64,000 nucleotides of DNA from an uncultured Eubacteriales bacterium (GTDB lineage: Bacteria > Bacillota > Clostridia > TANB77 > UBA1234), in assembly GCA_949283575.1 (NCBI GenBank), contig CASDSU010000028.1, positions 391,706-455,705 on the forward strand. Direction: 5' to 3'. Position numbers and translations under genes: made by a program. Positions 30,201-37,320 of this stretch are shown piece by piece; within the stretch, counting starts at the first letter, position 1; each line of letters begins with the position of its first letter. The notes below the pieces were generated by a model. That model saw only the letters and a program-made list of their open reading frames with translations. It did no database searches and was not told where the DNA came from.

Positions 30201-33200
30201 AATTACCAAATGTAGAAACTATTTCATTACCTTCAAGCTTAGTATCTGTGGAAACTTCAACTTTTGCTATGACAAACAATTATGACAGCATAGTTTTCCC
30301 AAACGGAACATCAATATTCACATATGAAGATAGAACTTTATATTCAGTGGATAAAGATATTTTATACGTTCATTCTAATAAGAATGTAACAACTGATTAT
30401 ACAATTGATAGTGCAGTTGAGGTGATCGCAGAATATGCATTTGCAAATAATCAAAATATCATAACGATTAATGTTACATCAAATCCAACTCTTCTTGAAG
30501 GTGCATTTAGTAATGCTAAGTCCCTTGAGACTATAAATGGACAAATTGGTGGAACAAAGATTTCGGTATATGCTTTTGAAGGATGCAATAAACTTTCTGG
30601 AATTGAATTATCTGAAACTCTTGAGACAATTGGCTCATATGCATTTAGTGATTGTAATATGATATTTGAATTTAATTTCAAAGCTTGTGAAAACTTGACG
30701 ACATTTGAACACCATGCATTTGCAAACTTATACAATATTAAGACTTTAAGAATTCCAAGAATAGTTACAACGATTACTACTGATGATACTGGTACAAGAA
30801 ATGTATTTGAGAACTTAGGAGGTAACTTCAGTGAAAACGCGATAGTATACTATTACGAGAGTTGTAACGTTATGATGGATTACGCAGCAAATTATGCTGA
30901 TGAAAATGTTGACTTCGTTTTAATAGATGAAGTAGGTCCAACAATTATAAATCTTGAAGTTGAAAATATTGATGGAGGAACATATGCAGCAGGAACATAT
31001 TTAGAGATTGTTGCCACATTATCTGAAGAATTCATAACAACAAAAGGAATAATACCTGTGCTTTCAATTGCATTTGGAAATGGTCATGCATCTCAATTAG
31101 AATCGATAGAGATTAATGGTAACAAGATTAAATATGGATATACAATCACACCTGACGATTTAGGCAAGCTTACATGTGTTGCGTTCGAAGGTGAAGTATA
31201 TGACGATCAAGATAATAGAACAATATTTACAGAGGCTACATTTAATGAGAAAGAAGTATTTGCAAGAAGTGGTGTTCTTGTTGAAAGCGACTTTGATGCA
31301 AATAAATATTTCACAACTCTTGCTGTTGCTGCAGATTACATTACAATTAGAGGTAATTTGACATTATTACTTGATGAAGAAGCTGTAGAACCTGCAATAT
31401 TCAAAGAAAATACACTTGTAAATCTTGATATTAATGGTAAAACAATAATGATGAATACAAATGCTTCAAATTCATTGATTATCAATCGTGGTATTATGAA
31501 TATTAAAGATTCTGGTAGTGGATTACTTGGCATTAGTGGTGATAACGGTAATGTTTACGTTATTTCAAATGAAGGTGATTTAACTGTTACTGGTGGTGTC
31601 ATTAGAGCTCAAGGATTTGGAGATGGTATACCATATGGTATATTTAATGCGATAGATGCGAAGACAACTGTAACAGGTGGAAGCATTGAGGCCGTTAACT
31701 TATCAGGTACAGGTTATGCAATCCTAAATGCTGGTAAACTATTTGTTAGAGGTGGAACAATTGCTGCAACAACACTAGAAGGTACAGCTTATGGTATTTA
31801 CAATACTGGTGAAACTGTAATGACTGGAGGAAATATCGCAGTAAGATTAACTTCAGGAAATAGTGGATTAACAACAGGTATTTATATCCAATCTGGTAAA
31901 GTAGTAATGGGTGCAGATGATGGAACAATTAGTATTGAAATACCATCAATTTACAGTGCTAAAGAAGGTATTAGAAATGTAGACGGTTCGTTAGAATTCT
32001 ATGATGGTGTCGTTGAAGGTGCTCTTTATAAATCAGTATTCTCAGACGATGTAAAAGTTGTTGAAGGATATGCTCTTTCAAGAAAACCTGTAGGCGAACG
32101 TGAAAAAGCAATGCTTGATTTTGACGTTATTAAACCATCTATTGAGCTTACAAATCTAACACCTGAATGGAGAAATAGTGAGGTCATTATTGAAGCTAGA
32201 ATTACGGATAATGAATCTGGATTATTTAGTGCTAAGTTTGAAGGAACTGATATAGCTCTAGTGGATGATATGATTGAGATTAAGGTTGATGAAAACGGTA
32301 TTTATAAATTTGTAGCAGTTGACCTTGCAGGAAATGTGGCAGAAGAGAGTATTAAAATTGATAACTTAGATAAGGTTGCACCTACATTTGGTGAAGTTAA
32401 ATATGAATCTATGGCTGGTCAAAAAGAAGTTATTCTTACAGCTGAAGTTAAAGACGACTTGTCTGGTATATATGGATTCGTTCTTTCTAAGAGCAACATT
32501 GAGCCAACAAGATGGGAAAGACTTGATAATATTAAACTAGAAACAGTTCTTGAGATTTCAGTAACTTTAAACGGTGTATATTATCTATATATAATTGACG
32601 ATGCAGGAAATTCTACAAGATATGGCGAAGAGATAGATATTTCAATCGTAGACGCAAGTGCTCCTAAGATTGAGAAAGTTAATATTCAAGATGATGATAG
32701 AGGATTTGCAAATAGCACAGCTGTTATGATTGAAGTAGATGCAAAAGATGATACTGGTTTAGCAGAAATTTTGATAAGCAATACACTTCTTACAAATTCA
32801 CAAGTTAATAGCTCAACAGACTGGGTTCCATACAGTGATACAGTTCTTTGGAACTTACCAACTGGAGATGGTGAGAAGACAGTTTACGTATGGGTTAAAG
32901 ATAGAGTTGGAAGAGTAAGTAGCTATGCATCAGATACAATTAAACTTTTAGCACAATATGTAGGTAATGATGGTGCAAGCAATACATCATTCAAATTATT
33001 AATAAAAGATGCGAATTATGATTTTAATGAGCAATTGACTGATGCTGAAATAGCAATCAGGGTTAAAGATGTCGCAGGAAATGTAGTTGCTGAAACTGGA
33101 TTTGGTCAAGGCATATCATTGAAATCAGCTCCAACTATTTATGGACCAGTTCAAGAAGGAACGGAGGTTATGAACGGTAGATACTACACAATAATCGCTG

Positions 33201-33559
33201 AAAACCTAACTGGAAATGGTACAGTATTCTTGGTAATCAAGACAAATGCTGAAGTAGACAGAGCTGGAAACACAATAAAATCAAATACATTAAATGCTAG
33301 TGAATTCGAAATTGCGACAGACGTTGTAGTTGAACTTGGAAAACCAACAATTTCTGTAACAGATACAGAAATCGTGGTAACAGATGCCGAAGAACACAGA
33401 GTAAATGCACTTAAAGTAGATGGCATGACAATTGAACTTAAAGCTGGAAGAATCACAATGGCAGAATTAAGTAGCAAATATGGAATTACAGTAGAAAGTG
33501 GTACAGTACTTGAGACAATCGACAAATGTGGAAACACAGCAGTGCAAGTAGTACAATAG
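21233..33559 (+). CDS. Giant (4108-aa) BspA-like multidomain surface protein
   Basis: AAGGAGA at 21217-21223, then ATG 21233. Signal/anchor FLMNFMLMLSFIMCLSVGATIIYA|AD. DUF285 26-residue repeats lie around 21990-22230 (NVTGMSSMFAGCRGLTSLNVSKFDTRKVTDMGSMFWNCKELKSI). Two beta-helix-like stretches lie at ~22700-24030 and ~31250-32100. Three diverged tandem super-modules combine Ig-like units with BspA LRR_5 blocks. Stop is TAG 33557-33559. Confidence 0.9.
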   Translation: MNNFKRRTATKHFLMNFMLMLSFIMCLSVGATIIYAADSSEIYDEIYLDTTLPSTTAPAYEVVDGKVVLTSNQTDAESGIGSIEYGYKLEGEEDYTWQDSSDFSGLEYGTYDVVTRATDLAGNVQVSETVSVEIENPTPGMLMKREDSTNVSGTGYVYYAIGAKRASQKLRDSSYLTYTSDSIKTIILLSDNTVPADALASWDASYTYGDGKVMAWVKVNEKDTSVYDLYIGSNNGIIAPADSGYLFADYANCVEIRNLSILDTENVTGMSSMFAGCRGLTSLNVSKFDTRKVTDMGSMFWNCKELKSILLGDNFNKLTGSDMFSDCSKLTTIITTKSITLSRYAMTLGTSTGLSSLSDAILYVPNKESEVLYEKATNYSTVFASDKDADGDIYRIRPILELNGDKTITLLVGSTYTDEGALVAGMNINTLNNQIKGYTLATTGLDDVDTRTAGNTATITYTLKYKDPYDENATAQTIMTAERTVTTIVGYYSDGTNLYDTLADAFEGADNGDTIEVMQDVTDDTYAIVPTGKSIILDLKGNTITMTALMPIENNGMLEIKDSASAGGKLLNIASNNESFINNADNLITLSSLPEENEISEYETHELPTDVSNGSIVQNVSGTLITNKGFVTINENVFLQGYDIAIRNEANSILNMRGGTLTNNVSGTEATLYVEAGAIINIYDGIISSNGAGKAIINNGSITISNRTESEGQPQIINENGVSIINQENIGDTTAKLTITDAIIEGVVINRGVNKLSIANSTLQSENDIFLITTAGTVTIKDSTYTGKGLINTFDENAIVNLTNVTATATETVIANNYGTVNVGGVSVLTSTTGTAIETAGITNIKDEVEIKGVNGIYNIGTLTFGISGDTVNRLIKVNSSTTAINNEGVFNWYDGEITGTTEKTYIGNTPKLDASVSIMIETNVDRETQYVLLDTEAPVISNIITETDWVKNSQTLQVIAEDNTGVIGYAVTEDANTPSVDSGIWSIGNTFIVNQNKIYYIWAKDAAGNVGGRAFTAQWICQEIWDTTGQSGKDTRAVLELDGTLLFEVVDVATGKDYNSTGVIKDYAINTAPWSNDNRVIRIEVSEGITAIGEYGLSNATNVASISIPTSVTSISESAFYRTNNYNNVSVSGSNTEFKAENLAIYTANKDILYVYSNMNIADTFVMDSTVVTIGAGAFYGNDTLTEMRVSPNVLNVGLDAFEGVTDDVYYYTSSEGMKEYVEANPTEANFIPIDNVKPIIEKFEINNGEAASPEADVILTIDATDDVEVVKYFASATYYTPEQITSVADSEWMTYTGEESYKLAAPYGTKTVYVWVKDSSGNISDVVEDSIYYDAIGFDLYGQTEIVQYVDTTGKDYYEYVESIQGGHSEVENHTVHVTGLVNHKVVGTYTITYSIIIDNQEMIAKYRTVDVIENSWTGATGTTDDGFTFVIHTNGKYAKITGFTGTTTEVFEIPASVELNGVEYKVIDVGNTDTTKNILNIVTSYSDLTYDHTVEKIILPDTLIRVSDNAFANFDKLTILDIPNSIMSFGSRAFKDAGASNKIDTLRLPDNFRVLEKSALMQINVNNIDFGNTIRCLDTYSVSWITNNTNLVINIPESVEYISEATFRGSYIYDINVDEDNVSYRICDSNIALLTADGTTLIAYPTTSDFEEYRVQDSVKVIGNSAFTYATTIKAIDLANVTEIHPEAFENIQTMTTVTGTSNVGIIGSESFKDTPITEFEFSKNLSTVGDNAFQNTALSDVVIESKASIGEYAFADCENLEDIMFYTNLGIVTLANANAISDAATIYVPFGMEAMYEGDSVYKTIPDYTNRIKPILKLIGDSSMEWLLNEPYTDEGVYALGVETNVAMTETKIPGFELIVEGGVNPGEAKRHTVTYIAKYNGVEVDRVERIIDIKDYEAPVINGVETDSSWVVDYQTFIVDATDNIAVTGYYISTSSDKPALDAEGWQVSNSVKAIDNGTWYIFARDGFGNVSEPYEVEATWVCSGVWDISKNSDRTVLGILSVDGTELYIKGIGETKDYEKSSAPWYLSNRIDITKIEVDEGVRYLGSYLLENMPRVETIELPASLERISDTTFALTNNFDSIELNGNTRFVYENGTLYGDEFKTLYVHTNKFTNSYALPTTVTKICAGAFANNTTISSLDLSNVTSIGDKAFSGVLHFGNVYVSKKLENIGANVFEGTYGPIYYYSSCATMMEYVKTYGTETTFIMIDDVLPIVEKMTINDNAVSTDDRNVTLNIKITDDVAVSKILISELELTNLKADDSRWQDYNGETELAYKLSAENGEKTIYVWAMDTSNNISIPGVDTILLGVNDFAFETDDYVVQYVDKTGKNYYEYSEEFQGGYTITTEGITVEVDTNIDVTTVGEKEVVYSLFHNGLKVAEYIKTVYVIEDEWEDTIYTFRDYEYQKHISGKYAKITKYLGSDTSVDFPTNIRDENNESYLVIEIESLDENPVVPTSTRSVILPYCLISVGKNAFANCINLNNIEFMFNVMTIEENAFKNSGIQNLIIDNNTREIKRGAFDGTPISSVTLGALTKSIEEDVFRNAITANEVILRNTIDNIGEGAFAGSIINNFETNAVSEDSKYVIYDSTYVVERNTSNLVAVAVGSVVGDVEIKEFSINRIGNGAFMNADSMTSISIPEGYNEIGKEAFRNTALRIIEVPGAVKEIPEYAFADCNNLSFAALHSVTEISVSAFENNNGLNSLVILTDKDSICTIDNASLLPIATNIYVVDSASYKASSDWNAVEERIFDILRLNGAEEVVVEAGDEYVEEGVYVIDEVLVSNGNHSILDSVRMEIMSDFNTQGLGEQEVRYTLYSETEARAEVIRIIKVQDTTPPTIEEVQTIDEAQAMRERFTVIATDNHRIAGYAITKDNNPPELDSDIWVDSNILYADSNGLWYIWVKDEAGNISVQEVEAVHICRAEWDIGVIPGTVFGLITFDNEFVIEGEGAVKYFAEDEIPWIEYMNEIVAIEVREGVTLLREYTLGKLPNVETISLPSSLVSVETSTFAMTNNYDSIVFPNGTSIFTYEDRTLYSVDKDILYVHSNKNVTTDYTIDSAVEVIAEYAFANNQNIITINVTSNPTLLEGAFSNAKSLETINGQIGGTKISVYAFEGCNKLSGIELSETLETIGSYAFSDCNMIFEFNFKACENLTTFEHHAFANLYNIKTLRIPRIVTTITTDDTGTRNVFENLGGNFSENAIVYYYESCNVMMDYAANYADENVDFVLIDEVGPTIINLEVENIDGGTYAAGTYLEIVATLSEEFITTKGIIPVLSIAFGNGHASQLESIEINGNKIKYGYTITPDDLGKLTCVAFEGEVYDDQDNRTIFTEATFNEKEVFARSGVLVESDFDANKYFTTLAVAADYITIRGNLTLLLDEEAVEPAIFKENTLVNLDINGKTIMMNTNASNSLIINRGIMNIKDSGSGLLGISGDNGNVYVISNEGDLTVTGGVIRAQGFGDGIPYGIFNAIDAKTTVTGGSIEAVNLSGTGYAILNAGKLFVRGGTIAATTLEGTAYGIYNTGETVMTGGNIAVRLTSGNSGLTTGIYIQSGKVVMGADDGTISIEIPSIYSAKEGIRNVDGSLEFYDGVVEGALYKSVFSDDVKVVEGYALSRKPVGEREKAMLDFDVIKPSIELTNLTPEWRNSEVIIEARITDNESGLFSAKFEGTDIALVDDMIEIKVDENGIYKFVAVDLAGNVAEESIKIDNLDKVAPTFGEVKYESMAGQKEVILTAEVKDDLSGIYGFVLSKSNIEPTRWERLDNIKLETVLEISVTLNGVYYLYIIDDAGNSTRYGEEIDISIVDASAPKIEKVNIQDDDRGFANSTAVMIEVDAKDDTGLAEILISNTLLTNSQVNSSTDWVPYSDTVLWNLPTGDGEKTVYVWVKDRVGRVSSYASDTIKLLAQYVGNDGASNTSFKLLIKDANYDFNEQLTDAEIAIRVKDVAGNVVAETGFGQGISLKSAPTIYGPVQEGTEVMNGRYYTIIAENLTGNGTVFLVIKTNAEVDRAGNTIKSNTLNASEFEIATDVVVELGKPTISVTDTEIVVTDAEEHRVNALKVDGMTIELKAGRITMAELSSKYGITVESGTVLETIDKCGNTAVQVVQ

Positions 33560-33570
33560 AATAGGAAAAA

Positions 33571-33595
33571 GGACAAGGGGACGGTCCCCTTGTCC
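33571..33595 (-). repeat. GGACAA hairpin repeat copy acting as a bidirectional terminator
   Basis: AAAAAGGACAAGGGGACGGTCCCCTTGTCCTTTTTTTTT. An 11-bp perfect core stem with a T-run, sitting between the giant gene stop and the abrB stop. Confidence 0.85.
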
Positions 33596-33619
33596 TTTTT
33601 TTTTCTTATCGTATATTAA

Positions 33620-33862
33620 TTATGAATTCTTAATTTCATCTAAACATTTTTTGCAAACATTCTTATCTTTATAAGTTGTAACATCTTCAGACTCTCCGCA
33701 GAAAATGCATGTAGGTTCGTACTTTTTCAAAACGATTGTAGAATTATCAACATAAATTTCGATTGAGTCCTTAATGTCGATTCCTAAAGTTCTTCTTAAT
33801 TCGATTGGTAGAACGATTCTGCCTAGTTCATCTACTTTTCTAACTATGCCAGTTGATTTCAT
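33620..33862 (-). CDS. abrB: Transition-state regulator AbrB
   Basis: MKSTGIVRKVDELGRIVLPIELRRTLGI..IEIYVD..IVLKKY is nearly identical to the B. subtilis AbrB N-domain. AGGAGG RBS. Confidence 0.93.
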   Translation of the reverse strand: MKSTGIVRKVDELGRIVLPIELRRTLGIDIKDSIEIYVDNSTIVLKKYEPTCIFCGESEDVTTYKDKNVCKKCLDEIKNS

Positions 33863-33915
33863 GAAAATACCTCCTTACAAATTACTATCTATCCTTTATT
33901 TCTCAAGGCGACATA

Positions 33916-33944
33916 AATATATCATGTTTGACAATTTTTGTCAA
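33916..33944 (-). promoter_or_regulatory. abrB promoter with a palindromic -35 region
   Basis: Minus strand reads TTGACA-17 nt-TATATT. The -35 sits in the palindrome TTGACAA-TTT-TTGTCAA. TGTCGCC just downstream resembles a Spo0A box (TGTCGAA). Confidence 0.55.
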
Positions 33945-34242
33945 GGAAAATAAGTGAAATAATGGAAAGATATGTAAAACGCGTTATGTAAAATGCGTTA
34001 ATGAAGCGGGTTTAAAGGTGATTAAATATTCTTAAAAATTTCGACAAGTGTATCAAAATTGAAGAAAATAAGTAAAAAAACATGCAAAAACGTAAAAATT
34101 ATGTCTACGGTTTGAATTGTAAATGTAGACAATGAGTAACGTTTTCTACGTGAGTTGAAATAGAAAAACGAATTAGAATAAGAAATAAAAACGAGCATAA
34201 GATGTAAATATAATAATTATTTCAGCAGAATTGGAGGTAAAA

Positions 34243-34818
34243 ATGAACAAAATTTGGGGGTATATAATAATAATTTCAGTGATTGTGGGTGTATTTACGG
34301 GAAAGGTGGAGTTACTGACAACATGTGTATTTGATTCTGCGAAAAGTACGATTGAAACATGTTTGAATATTTTTGGTATTATCGCAATTTGGTCTGGACT
34401 TATGAAAATTGCAGAACAAACAGGGCTAATTGAAAAGATGCAACGTCTTGTATATCCGCTTGTACGAATACTTTTTCCTGAAGTTCCTAAGAATAGCAGA
34501 GCAACTAGTAATATTGCTATGAATATAGGAGCAAATATAATTGGCCTTGGTAATGTTGCCACACCCTTAGGGATTAAGGCAATGGAGGAACTTCAAAAGG
34601 AGAATAAAAATAAAAAACGACTTAGCAAATCCATGATGATGTTTTTAGTATTAAATATGGCTTCAATTCAGCTTATTCCAACGACAGTAATAGCACTTAG
34701 AACAACGTATGGTTCTGAAAATTCAGTTCGAATTGTAGTGCCAGTATTAATTGCTAGTTTTGTCTCAGCGTTTGTAGGAGTGATGATTGTAAAGCTATTT
34801 TATAAGGAGGATAAATGA
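34243..34818 (+). CDS. spmA: Spore maturation protein A (nucleoside-recognition domain membrane protein)
   Basis: GGAGG 5 nt before ATG 34243. The hydrophobic profile and motifs (..IWSGLMKIAEQTGL.., NIIGLGNVATPLGIKAM) are typical of SpmA. Confidence 0.85.
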   Translation: MNKIWGYIIIISVIVGVFTGKVELLTTCVFDSAKSTIETCLNIFGIIAIWSGLMKIAEQTGLIEKMQRLVYPLVRILFPEVPKNSRATSNIAMNIGANIIGLGNVATPLGIKAMEELQKENKNKKRLSKSMMMFLVLNMASIQLIPTTVIALRTTYGSENSVRIVVPVLIASFVSAFVGVMIVKLFYKEDK

Positions 34819-35333
34819 TTTTAATAGAATATATTTCATATGCAATGGTACCAACATTAATTCTTTTAATTGTTGTGTCCGCAACGAAAAAGAAAATATC
34901 TACATATGATTCGTTTATTGAAGGTACACAGGAAAGTTTTGGAGCAATATCAAGAATATTTCCAAGTATGTTGGCCGTAGTTTTAGCAATAAACTTATTT
35001 AAAATATCAGGATGCATGGATCTTTTTATAAAAATACTTTCACCATTTTTTTCTTTGATAAATGTTCCGGGTGAACTCGTTCCAATCGGCGTGATGCGCT
35101 CTGTTTCGGGAGGAGGAGCATTAGCTGTTTTAACTAATATTTTACAAACCAATGGTCCAGATAGTACCATTGGTCTTATTGCTTCAACTATTATGGGTTC
35201 AAGTGACACAACCCTTTACGTGCTAGCAATTTACACCGCATCTATCGGTATTACTAACACTAAATTTGCTCTTTATGTCGGTCTTATTTGTGACTTAATT
35301 GCTTTCATTGTGGCGACAATGTTGTTTGCGTAA
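34815..35333 (+). CDS. spmB: Spore maturation protein B
   Basis: ATGA overlap with spmA. ..MRSVSGGGALAVL..GSSDTTLYVLAIY.. is typical of SpmB. Confidence 0.85.
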   Translation: MILIEYISYAMVPTLILLIVVSATKKKISTYDSFIEGTQESFGAISRIFPSMLAVVLAINLFKISGCMDLFIKILSPFFSLINVPGELVPIGVMRSVSGGGALAVLTNILQTNGPDSTIGLIASTIMGSSDTTLYVLAIYTASIGITNTKFALYVGLICDLIAFIVATMLFA

Positions 35334-35364
35334 AAACTCCCGTCACAAAAAGTGACGGGAGTTT
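35334..35364. terminator. Bidirectional hairpin between spmB and the 35373 gene
   Basis: AAACTCCCGTCAC-AAAAA-GTGACGGGAGTTT, a perfect 13-bp stem. Confidence 0.7.
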
Positions 35365-35372
35365 CGTTGAGA

Positions 35373-35957
35373 TTAGAGCATTTGCAGCTCGTTGTCGATG
35401 ATGGGGAGTGCAAAGTGAATGAAAACGCTGGGAATGGCAATCACTTCGAAAATTACGATAGAAAGCCAGTACCAGAGCGGATCTCCGAAGAGACCGTCAT
35501 TCAGGATAATGCACATTGCGTAAAGGAAGAACGAACGCGCGAGAAAGCCAACAAGAATGCCAGAAAAGAGGAGCAATGCGAAAACCACTTTCCGATTAAG
35601 AAATTTTTCGCTGGAAGGCTCATCAGTAGAGGCGCTTATGATGGTTGCGCATTTCTGAAGTAAGTTATCGCCCACGAGCCAAGGCCAAACTTGGACGAGC
35701 TCGAAAAAATCCACGGCAATATTGAGGCCGAGAAGGACGATCATGGCGATGACAAAAACGACAGAAAACCACAGAGCAAAAGTGACGACGGGTTCATTAC
35801 CGCTCAGCATGCACGCAATCCATGCAATAAACAGTAGCGCCAGAGAGAGCATATACCACTTGAATCTCGGGTATGATGCATTCACGTCTTTTGCTACGCC
35901 TGTGACGTAGTTCTTGACTTTGGACAGAAGCTGAGACTTGGCGTTGTTGGAATTCAT
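35373..35957 (-). CDS. Membrane protein, unknown function (GC-rich gene)
   Basis: AAAGGAGA 7 nt before ATG 35957. 4-5 TM helices. Spot G+C is 42-47% against 17-30% nearby. Several spurious antisense ORFs overlap it. Confidence 0.7.
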   Translation of the reverse strand: MNSNNAKSQLLSKVKNYVTGVAKDVNASYPRFKWYMLSLALLFIAWIACMLSGNEPVVTFALWFSVVFVIAMIVLLGLNIAVDFFELVQVWPWLVGDNLLQKCATIISASTDEPSSEKFLNRKVVFALLLFSGILVGFLARSFFLYAMCIILNDGLFGDPLWYWLSIVIFEVIAIPSVFIHFALPIIDNELQML

Positions 35958-36073
35958 GCAGAAATCTCCTTTCATGTGTCAGCACTAGTCTTTCCATAAA
36001 GGAATTTCTAGACAGTGCAAGTTCATAACGACTCTAACATTATACCACACTTTACATAATATTGCAAATTTAT

Positions 36074-36100
36074 GGACAAGTGGGACGGAGATTTCTGTCC
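36074..36100 (-). repeat. GGACAA hairpin repeat copy (inverted core)
   Basis: ATGGACAAGTGGGACGGAGATTTCTGTCCAT. Confidence 0.7.
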
Positions 36101-36189
36101 ATTTGTCGAGATATGTCGATTTGTTTTTATTGACTTTTTAAAAAGATGGTTTTAATATTTGAAACAAGAAATAAACAAACTACAGGGAA

Positions 36190-37038
36190 GTGAAAATTTT
36201 GATTGACACGATAAATGTGCTCTTGTTTGTTTTGATTTTTATGTTGTCATATTTTTTAATCAATAAATATAACATTTTTCTGAAAACGGATAAATATAAA
36301 AAGAAAAACAATTTATATTTTTCTACCAAAGAACATCCTATTAAAGTTTTTTTTCAAAAGATCAATTTTATAAAGGCAAAAGACAATTTTTTATCTAAAC
36401 AAGGTTATCCATTAAATTTAAATGCAATTTCATATTTTTTATTGAAATTTTCTTTAACGTTTCTGTTATTTTTCGCAGGTTCAATTAACTATAATTCGAT
36501 TTTGATTGGCTTAGTGCTTGGAACGCTAGGATATTTTTGCGTGGACATATATATTTATTTGAACAAAAAAACACGCGATAATGAAATTTGTACAGATCTT
36601 TTAAATGTAGTAGATTCAATATCTTTGCAACTTTCGGCAGAAATGAATTTAAAAGATTCATTGAGACGACAATTTGAAAATTGTAAAAATAAAGATTTCA
36701 AAAAAGCAATTCTAGAATTTTCAACGCAATATGAACTCTCGGAGTTAGATATTAATAATTCATTGAATGAATTGAAAAACAAATTTGATATTTTAGAAGT
36801 TAATATGTTTTGTAATTCATTAAAAGAATATTCAAAGGTTGGAAATATAACAGAAATTCTCGAAAACCTATCGGATACGCTAAAAACAAAGTATTTAGAA
36901 AAAATAAAAAGTGATACACGCACAAAAGTTTTATACATAACTTTTGGAGTAATCCTTGCACTTGGAAATATCATAATGCTGACTTTTTATCCGCTGTTTA
37001 TCTCAATTGGACAGGGCTTCAATTCAATATTTAGTTAA
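36190..37038 (+). CDS. TadB/TadC-like (T2SS-F family) pilus platform membrane protein
   Basis: 282 aa. An N-terminal TM segment, a central pair of TM helices, a helical cytoplasmic domain (..LLNVVDSISLQLSAEMNLKDSL..LNELKNKFD..) and a C-terminal TM segment, matching the single T2SSF-domain Tad layout. GTG start, weak RBS. Confidence 0.6.
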   Translation: MKILIDTINVLLFVLIFMLSYFLINKYNIFLKTDKYKKKNNLYFSTKEHPIKVFFQKINFIKAKDNFLSKQGYPLNLNAISYFLLKFSLTFLLFFAGSINYNSILIGLVLGTLGYFCVDIYIYLNKKTRDNEICTDLLNVVDSISLQLSAEMNLKDSLRRQFENCKNKDFKKAILEFSTQYELSELDINNSLNELKNKFDILEVNMFCNSLKEYSKVGNITEILENLSDTLKTKYLEKIKSDTRTKVLYITFGVILALGNIIMLTFYPLFISIGQGFNSIFS

Positions 37039-37083
37039 AATTTAATGGTGGATTAGAAATATAAAAATAAAAGGAGAATTAAA

Positions 37084-37275
37084 ATGAAACAACAAAAAGT
37101 AAATTTAAAATCACAAAGAGGATCGGAGATATTGCAGGTAATACTAATTGCAGGTGTTTTGCTTGTTATTGTAATAACAGTTTTTTATCCTCAAATGCAA
37201 ACGTTATTTGGAGATGTTATGGGAACAATATCAACATGGTTTAAGAACACAGGGAGTGCACCATTTACGGTTTAA
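37084..37275 (+). CDS. Flp-type (class III signal) pilin candidate, 63 aa
   Basis: AGGAGA RBS. A basic leader ending ..SQRG, then SEILQVILIAGVLLVIVITVF and a short tail. Confidence 0.6.
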   Translation: MKQQKVNLKSQRGSEILQVILIAGVLLVIVITVFYPQMQTLFGDVMGTISTWFKNTGSAPFTV

Positions 37276-37320
37276 TGGGAGCTTGAGCAAAATTTAGAGA
37301 AAGCAGAAAGAAGTGAAAAA

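Noticed and set aside
21531-33576. Dozens of 60-130-aa track ORFs inside and antisense to the giant gene, and similarly at 55598-63862
   Set aside because: All are nested in a single uninterrupted long frame with coherent domain repeats. They lack RBSs and are Leu/His/Ser-rich antisense artefacts.
34173-35209. Minus-strand ORFs 34173-34562 and 34754-35209
   Set aside because: Antisense to spmA and spmB, which have recognisable family motifs and translational coupling.
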